A DNA stretch of 64,000 bases, from assembly GCA_964016885.1 (NCBI GenBank), contig OZ024747.1, positions 20,150,001-20,214,000 on the forward strand, read 5' to 3'. The stretch is from Eledone cirrhosa. Lineage: Eukaryota. Shown piece by piece: positions 54,287 to 64,000 of this stretch; within the stretch, counting starts at the first letter, position 1; every line of letters begins with the position of its first letter. Both the position numbers and the translations under genes were made by a program. The notes under the pieces are model-generated. The model was not told the DNA's origin. It saw only the letters and a program-made list of their open reading frames with translations, and searched no databases.

Positions 54287-56084
54287 TTATTGTTTATCAT
54301 TATCTATAAAAGGCAGATTTTTGTTGTTGTTGTTGAAGTGAGTGTGTGTTTGTATGCATTTGGAAAAGAGGTTTTAAAAAAGATTTATCGCTTGTTGTTG
54401 AATAAATGTATCTGTTGCTTTTGAATAATTGTCGTTTCGTATGAAATGTAATAATTTGAAGTATAAAAGAGAAAGTAGCAAAATGTGTGGGTTGTAGATA
54501 GAGAGATGCAGATGATATGACAGAGTAATATGGACAGTATCATCATCAAGCTTGGAAAGAGAAAGTAGCAGAAAGTATGAAGTTGTATAGATTTTGAATG
54601 GTAGTGGAAAGAGTTTAGCAGTTTAAATGACAGAGAAAAATCGTAAAATATTGAGTTTTATCTATTTTTTGCGTAATTGTGGGTGAAATTGAAAAAATGA
54701 GATGTGCCAAGACGCAATCGAAACTATTTCGAATACTGAATTGTAAATTTCAATTGAAGAAATTCTATATCGTATATTTCTATAAGAAAGGAGCATGACC
54801 ACACACTGAGCTTTATAGATTATGATTAACTGAATGGAGTGTTTCAAAATTAAATGTTTTTCAGTATATTATTGTATGCTGTAATGTTTCAAGATCAAAT
54901 CAATTTTTTATTGTTTTTAAAAAGGATGGACAAGGATATATAAGGCCTGGATATAATGACTGGGAGCAATGGCATAATCACTATTTAAACACCTTTGAGT
55001 ATAGGTTTAATCTCTCATGGCTAATATTTCGCTTAACAGTAACGGCAAGTTACAACACCATAACAGAACTTTTAGGCATTCACTAAAATATATCACTGGT
55101 TGATATTCTATCCTCTGGGGATGAAAAGCTGTTTAATTAGTCGCTATAGAAGTGCATGTCATAAACGTATAAGCGATATTGTTATCACACTAACATTTTG
55201 GGTAGCCAACTTTGAAATTAACACTTTTCTGCATTTATTTCGTTGAGGTCTTGCCCATCACCAACGACTCAATTAAAAACACTTATGAAATGATAAATAT
55301 AAATTACTATTGCTTTCTTCCTTAGACCTATACGGGGGTATATTTTAAAGTTTTCATAATACATCCTCTCTCTGATCAAACTGGTGAATAATCTGGTTTA
55401 ATCTGAGACTCACTATGTTTGCCTCTGTGGACCGCATACACTGACGATTTCGAGACATAATGCACTTATTTCATTAAGTTGTTATATGAGAGTGTAAATT
55501 GATAAATAGCTGTTAGATTTCTAACATTCTACTTTTGTCGATAATTCCTCTAATAATATATTGGTTGTCAATCAGTGTCAAACTGAACAGCCTATTCTAG
55601 TATTTATATTCACTTGTAAAGGAAATTTATTTTCGAAAACGAAAACATATCAAAAAGTTGTATAGCTTACAATAGAAAGAAAGGAATAGTCACAGATGGC
55701 TTAGTGACAATTATGGCAGTCTGCCAATCAAAGACGCAATACAAGCAGTAGCATGTTGCAAACAGTAGGTGTACTAATTATATGAATTTTAAACGCACCA
55801 CTATATATCTAATATTAGTAAAATACATTGACTAAAAAATATAGTCTAATAATGGGGAATATAAACCCACAGAACGGGAAAAGATGGGTACTAGCACACA
55901 TGGGAGTCAAACCTTGTTTGCCGAACGAGTATTCTATACTTAGACAAATAACCCCACCCCCTATTCCGTTATTTTTAGAAACTATAACTTAATAGCAAAA
56001 TGTAAACAAATTATTTGGAACGCAGTGAGCGAACTATAGAATTTAAATAGAAATAGAAGCTACACTATAACATTGACAAAATAG

Positions 56085-56119
<35 letters not shown>

Positions 56120-56323
56120 GGGGGGTGCGCGTGTGTTCGTGTAAAAAAGTAAACATAAATAACAAAGGAAATGACAGTGTACAGTGAAGAAATATATTAG
56201 TTGAACGCTTCATGTAATAGGTAAAAATCTTAACATTACGGTCACTAATAATTCCACAGCATTTACAGTCAGTATTTGGACATGTCTTTGGGTTATACAT
56301 TTATATATGTATGTATGTGTGTG

Positions 56324-56357
<34 letters not shown>

Positions 56358-56359
56358 TA

Positions 56360-56557
56360 AATGGGAAAAAATGAAACGAAATTTCATTTCTCACTCTTAG
56401 TACGGCTGTTACTTAAATATAAGTATGTATACGTACATACATATATCTATACAGATGTACAGTAGTATGTATATATATACATACATGCACACATACATAT
56501 ATATATGTACGTATGCATATACCGAGCATTTATTATAATGCTCGGTTTGTCTGTAAA

Positions 56558-56560
<3 letters not shown>
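56360..56560 (-). mobile_element. Family I tail-bearing arm fragment
   Basis: Reverse complement of 16885-17070, between (TA)n tracts. Confidence 0.7.
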
Positions 56561-56606
<46 letters not shown>

Positions 56607-56660
56607 GTGGGAAAGTAAAAAATCGGAGAATAGACCGTTAAAACATGTTTATTTAAAACA

Positions 56661-56700
56661 GCACCTACGTACGTTTCGCCCAGTTGGGCTTCTCAAGGGC
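56661..56700 (-). ncRNA. Minimal hammerhead ribozyme, U3-A8 variant (family L)
   Basis: Minus strand reads gccc-TTGAGAA-gcccaactgggc-GAAA-cgtacg-TA-ggtgc, inside element 56604-56860 flanked by (TA)n. Confidence 0.7.
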
Positions 56701-56856
56701 ATAAATAAGCAAAAGTGTTCCTTATATTGCTCGGAAATAGTTTTGGGGGTTAAATCCACATCAAGGTCCATTGCTCGCAAAAATAGCCTGTTTTGATTTT
56801 GCAGCAGGTCAAGGGAGGTAACTCTGGCCGGTGTTAGGGCAGTCTTTCCCGGACAA

Positions 56857-56929
<73 letters not shown>

Positions 56930-57642
56930 GTGACAATATGAATTGCACTTTTTTGTAAACTTTATTATATATTTCAATTTATTTCCATATCGATCAGCTC
57001 GAGTCATGTGATCAGATCCTGACTCTTAATCGACACACACACACACACTATATATATATATATATATATATACATGTGTGTGTGTGTGTGTGTGTCGTTG
57101 TGTGCAATGAATATATTTTTTGTATATCTTGAGTATAACATTTTACCTATTTATACCTTAGGATACATTCGTATATGCGCTCAAATATACACACATGCTA
57201 CACGTACATGTAAACATAAATATACAAATGCATAGATTATTAATACAAATCTTCAAAACAATATTTTAGGCACCATTTGTTTTGAAAATATATACTATTG
57301 CCCTTCTTACATTCACAGTCTACAATTTTCTCCATAACTTACCACCACAAACTCTACCACCAAAAACAATGACAACATTGAACGTCAACTTCATACATCT
57401 AGCTTCTTGAACACTTGGCTGTCTGTGACCTTTATACACTGGCAGACAAATACACGAAAGAAAGAAAGAATGGAAGAAAGAGCTGTCTTCAACAAACATG
57501 TTTGATTTCTTTACAGTTTTACTGCTTACTAAAATAGCATCAGTGAGGTTTGAATCTATCGGCCAATATGTGTATGACTGCATTCAAACATACGTACCAA
57601 CAGGCATACAAAGAAACCTCTGGCTCTGACTCTCTCTCTCTG

Positions 57643-57695
<53 letters not shown>

Positions 57696-57791
57696 CACAC
57701 ACACTCTCTCTCCCTCTCTCACTCTTTCCCTCTCTCACTCTCTGTTTCTGTCTCTCTATCTCACTCTCTGTTTCTGTCTCTCTCTCTCTAA

Positions 57792-57882
<91 letters not shown>

Positions 57883-57929
57883 TATATGTGAGTGTGTATA
57901 TGCATATATACTTATACGTATATATACTC

Positions 57930-57960
<31 letters not shown>

Positions 57961-57988
57961 AGTGTGTATGTGCATATATACTTATACG

Positions 57989-58020
<32 letters not shown>

Positions 58021-58047
58021 AGTGTGTATGTGCATATATACTTATAC

Positions 58048-58089
<42 letters not shown>

Positions 58090-58202
58090 GTTTATGTATA
58101 TGTGTGTGTGTATAGGTAATATTGTCTATGTTGGTGGGGATTAATGTTCATATATTAATGCCTGAGTGTACACAAGCCAATAAGCTACCATTAAAAAGTA
58201 GT

Positions 58203-58292
<90 letters not shown>

Positions 58293-58839
58293 TATATATA
58301 TATATATACACATCTGTATATATATATATAGAAAGAGATATATATATGTATAAACAAATATATATTAACGTAAATATATATTAACGCAAATAGTTTTTTT
58401 CACATATATATTTTCCTATTTTCATAAATTTACAAATAACATCGAGGTATACGGAAAAAATACTTCACTCCATATATATTATACACGTTGCTTGAGGGAG
58501 AAGAAGACAAAACAGAAACATACAGCAAACTGTTCCCAGCAGGATGGCGGTGAAATGATGCTGATAGACAGTATTTTAAGTCAATGACAAAATTGTAAAT
58601 CCACCTCAAAACCTTATAGAGCGAAACGGATGTAATACATTGAAATATTGTCATATCTACATAACTAATAATAAATGTGTCCTGTCTATCTAAGCAAATT
58701 CATGTGTGTAACAAATTTCTGTCTGTATAAATGTAAACGCATATCTATTGTATACTTGTATACATATATATACACACTATTATATATATTTATGAATATT
58801 TATATATACACCCATAAATATATATATATATTTGTGTGT

Positions 58840-58895
<56 letters not shown>

Positions 58896-58898
<3 letters not shown>

Positions 58899-59040
58899 TT
58901 TTAATATAGATGAGATTCTACAGGACTAGAACTGTTTCATTCTTTAGAAATCATCAGGAATCTTAAAACTTTTATACTCTGCTATGTATTGAGTACCTTA
59001 CTTACTGTGGTTACCTCCGATTCAACCCGGAATAACGTAT
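58896..59040. mobile_element. 145-bp mini-element, HHR family A plus inverted tail
   Basis: HHR on the minus strand is followed directly by the family A tail in plus orientation. A deleted copy lies at 27512-27580. Confidence 0.8.
58913..58963 (-). ncRNA. Type I hammerhead ribozyme (family A)
   Basis: Minus strand reads agattc-CTGATGA-tttctaaagaat-GAAA-cagttctagtcctg-TA-gaatct. Stem I has two compensatory pairs relative to the 301-351 copy. Confidence 0.85.
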
Positions 59041-59053
59041 ATACATATATATA

Positions 59054-59244
<191 letters not shown>

Positions 59245-59245
59245 G

Positions 59246-59578
<333 letters not shown>

Positions 59579-59636
59579 AAAGATTTATTTTCCATAGTTA
59601 CTTCATAATTATATATATGTATGCCAAATATAAGTG

Positions 59637-59732
<96 letters not shown>

Positions 59733-60076
59733 TTTATATACACATAATATATATATAATTATTTATACACATACACACACATGTATATACACACATTTAT
59801 ACACACATGTATATATGTATGTGTGTGTGAAACAGATAAGCTAAAACATAAAGACACATATCAAGCTACTATGGCTGGATACAAACCTACATATATATGT
59901 ACAGTGTGTTCTGATATATTTGGCAAACTGCTCTTTCCTTCAAGCATTTATTTATATATTTTAGCGTACACACACAAGCAAACACACACACACTCACACA
60001 CACACACATACACACTCACACACTCACACACTCACACACACACACACATACACACTCACACACACACACATACACA

Positions 60077-60110
<34 letters not shown>

Positions 60111-60167
60111 CTCTCTCTCTCTCTTGCACAAAAATACACACACACACACTCACAAATACACACAAAG

Positions 60168-60286
<119 letters not shown>

Positions 60287-60649
60287 TGCAAATATATACA
60301 CTGTAACCCTAACACATGCACATAAATCAACAGACCATTATGTTAATATTCCTGTCCGGTTCTTGTTATTTTTTTGTTTAGGTTTATTAATGGAGGGTGT
60401 GTGTGTTATGTTATATTTATATAAATCGTTGTGAGACTGCATGGTCATCTTCTATTTTTCTCTGTTTATTTCCATTCATATATCTAACACTTGCTGATAA
60501 CTGACAAAATATGGGAAATACTTATCACTATACATTTGCACAATAAGATTTTTTTTTCATTTTCCATAGTTACTTCATAATTATATATATGTATGCCAAA
60601 TATAAGTGTATATATAAATATATATATTTCCAATATATATATATATATG

Positions 60650-60692
<43 letters not shown>

Positions 60693-60925
60693 GATATATT
60701 AACAAATGGAAACTATATTTATAAAACCATATTTATTTCATTATACATATTTCAAGGAGACCAAGTTAAATTATGGTTTAATTATATATACGGTGTTTGT
60801 TTGTGTGTGTGTAAGTTCTCCATGTATATAGGTATGTATGCATATATTTTTGTTTGTATGTATATAAGTTAGCATGCATGTATGTTCAATGTTAGGTAGG
60901 TATGCATATATATATATTATTATTA

Positions 60926-61042
60926 TGAGTTCAAATTCCGCCGAGGTTGACTTTGCCTTTCATCCTTACGGGATCGATAAAATAAGGTACCAGTAATGAA
61001 CTGGTTAATTGCTGGCCTTGTGCCTAAAGTAGAAACAATTAT
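60926..61042 (+). mobile_element. SINE S1 3' half
   Basis: gagttcaaattccgccgaggttgactttgcctttcatccttacgggatcgataaaataaggtaccag...gtagaaacaatt. Confidence 0.85.
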
Positions 61043-61074
<32 letters not shown>

Positions 61075-64000
61075 AATGAAAATATATTCTGTCCTTGCAT
61101 TCTACCCTACTTCTCATTCCAGACTACATTTTTACATACATATTTATGTAGCGACGATTCTGTTCATACCATCGCTTTGCCCTGTCGGACATTGGACGCT
61201 TATTACCACCAAACAGGTCGCGAAGTTCCCATATCCAGCCGCAATGACTCCAGGGAAATGAGGAATAATTTCAATTTAGAATGCAAAATCCGACGACCCA
61301 AATATTCACTACCTTATGCACACCAACCACCCGTACGTTATAAATCAATATATGTGAGAGTGTATATATGTGTATGTGTGGATGTATGTGTGTGTGTTTG
61401 TGTGTGTTTCTGTGTCTCTGTGTGTTTGTATGCAGAGGGTATGGCTCGCTCATCATAATATCCCTATTAATGCGTCGTAATGTCGCAATATCTTTCTGAA
61501 TTTCATATGTAGTTTGTGCTTGAGACACATTTCTAAACTTTCTAAAGTCAGTCTTGCCATATATTTTTCTAAACATTATTCAAAGTTGAGAGTTTCATTT
61601 CTTGCCGTGATTCATGCCATGGTCATTTTATATGCGTTCGTAAATATGTTAGTCTATTAATATTTCCAAACCTTCACAATCTCAAATTTAAAGGAAGAAT
61701 GATGATAGTGGTTTATTGTTCACGTAATTAGCAGTGGCGGTAAATCATAATGGATGTAATCAGGGCCACCAAGAGAACTTTTGCAAGAAGGCAGTACAAG
61801 ACCCCTTTGGGGCCCGAAGTAGACACCGATTTTTCTCAAATTTAACGTTGCATGGTTGCTATGTGGCCTTCTTAGATGTTGGGGCCCCGGAACAAAGTGC
61901 CAGCTTGACCACCCTCTCACACGATCTAAACATAATATAAAATGTACATGTGTCTATGTTTGTATGTTTGTGAATGTATGTGTTTATGGTTGCGCGTGAA
62001 CAGAAATAGCTGGAGGCTTAAATGTTCGAGGGAACGCACTAGCTCAAGTGAATATATTCGATGTGAGTGGGTAAAAAACGTCAATTAATCGAGACTACCC
62101 TCGCAGTTTCATGATCAAAATTCCATCTATCGGATATCTTTCTCAGAAGAACTCAATACATACGTAGAGCATGTACTTTTTGTTGAGAGTGTAGAAGGTA
62201 CACTTTTTAGCAGTTTCTGATTTATACCATTGGAAATTTATCGGATTACGTTGAACTTCAATGAAAACAAGTTGATACTATTTATTTCGTTTTTTTTTCT
62301 TTTCGGCTCAGAGTGTTTGTGAGTTGGTATGTATATGTCCTTGCATGGAAAAAGTAGGGAGGGAGCTAAACTGAGAGAGAAAGTGAATGAGAGAGAAAAT
62401 AGAGAAAAAACTGTTTTATGCATGTAATTTTTTTGCGTCCTTAAAAGTGTGTGTATGTGTGTGTGTGTGCGTGTGATAATGTTAATATATGGGATGTGGT
62501 AATGGGGTCAAGCTGGATTTTGGAAGAAACATTTTTCTTTCAAGGGAGTCAATAGCGAACAAGTAGAGATAAAAAGAGATAAATAGGGTCTCCCAGTAAA
62601 AAAAATATATATGTAAATAAATAATACTAGAATAAAGTGCTGCCACGGGGGACATAAATCTATTTTTGAGTTGCTAATGTACCCATTTATGTAATATTGT
62701 GTGTGTATGTGTGAGTGTGTGTGTGTGTATGTGTAGTGTACACCTAATATCCATGCATCCATATAAACATTTACCTCGCTGTCTTAATCCGTAGCCATTG
62801 AGTGTTTGTGTAGGAGCACGCATGCATTTCTTTACAGGAAAATATATATATACGAGCATCTATGAATTTGCCTGTATGTACGTTGATATATACATCGGAA
62901 AATGTACATACACACACACACGCGCGCGCGCGCGCGCACACACACACACCTATACACACATACACATAAAAAACCTCATATGTATCTCTCTCTCTCTCTC
63001 TGTCTATATATATATACACACATATATATTATAATATATATATAAATATATGTGTGTGTGTGTGTTATATTATATATACACAAATATATGCGATGTTCTC
63101 CATAGATACACCTGTCTGTGTGTTTGTGTTGGTATTCATGCCTGTGAAAGGCATGTCTGTGTATGACCCTGAAGGCATTTGGACTTTATAACGTACCACG
63201 TAGTTTTACACTCACACCTACACGTACGTACAATCAAATATCTTTCCTCGTCTCTGAATCATGCACAACCACACAACCATATTCTAAATCCTCAGATTTC
63301 TCGATTCAGCCGTCCCAGCCAACTGGAAATATTCTAATCTTTAGGTAATGACCAACCCGAAAAAAAAATTGAAGTGGATATGTGTTCCTGGCGGAGTTTT
63401 GGCCTAGTATCTATTTATGTTCTTTAACGTTTGGTTCTATTCATTTTTATACCTCTTACTTGTCCACATATATCACGCTAAATACAACCTGCCATACGCA
63501 TTGTATAGACGCATATATTGGCATGCTGGGGTATTGTATTTGTGCTGCTGAATGAGAACTGATTAGCATGAGCTCATTGGAAGCTGTGTTCCTGTTTTCT
63601 CTACAAGGATACAGCACCAATTTTGGATGAAGTGTCGAATTTGTATGTGGATCTCACTTAGATTTGGGTTGTTAATAATTCTTCTTTTGTTTATGTGCCA
63701 TTTAAAGTGACACGTCCTTTAGTTATTTGTCCTAGTGTTCGGTTATGTCCACATATCAATTTCATCGTGTAAGTAAATACTTACTTGGTATAATTGTCGT
63801 CTTGGCATATCCATGTGAAAATGATACCTTACTTTAATCCTTATTAACCTTAAACAAACACGGACTGTTTACACATAACCTATATATTTCATCCCAGAGA
63901 TGCACCATCTGTAAGAACAGTGACCTCAGAAATATCCGTCTTGTGGTCGTAAAAATGTCTCTTTCTTCAGTGCAAGCAAATAATGTCTGCATATAATCAA

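Noticed and set aside
49450-56000. Host gene exons in the less repetitive stretches (also 17.7-20.6 kb and 61-64 kb)
   Set aside because: No recognisable protein motif in any listed ORF. Small exons cannot be excluded without RNA-seq.

Overview
AT-rich, microsatellite-dense animal DNA with no host protein-coding exon that I can support. The SINE types and (TA)n density suggest a cephalopod such as octopus; this is inference. Nearly all short ORFs in the track are artefacts of (TA)n, (CA)n, (CAT)n and (GAT)n repeats. The real content is retroelements. There are two long Penelope-like elements (PLEs): a Naiad-type RT plus GIY-YIG element at 39.1-43.1 kb and a Poseidon/Nematis-like element at 45.4-48.2 kb. 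A third, Naiad-type 3' fragment is folded into a 1.46 kb-arm inverted repeat at 3.1-6.5 kb. The window also holds many tRNA-derived SINEs, RTE-LINE fragments, two non-autonomous Helitron ends and a mariner remnant. The main hidden signal is about 20 type I hammerhead ribozyme (HHR) motifs from about 12 unrelated sequence families, found by eye in short elements inserted in (TA)n tracts. Most have palindromic stem III sequences and several have variant cores (U3-A8, C4). These elements share an asymmetric fold-back layout: a tail-less arm starting at a TA, joined to an inverted arm that carries an extra 3' tail. All folds and alignments were made by hand and need computational and biochemical confirmation.
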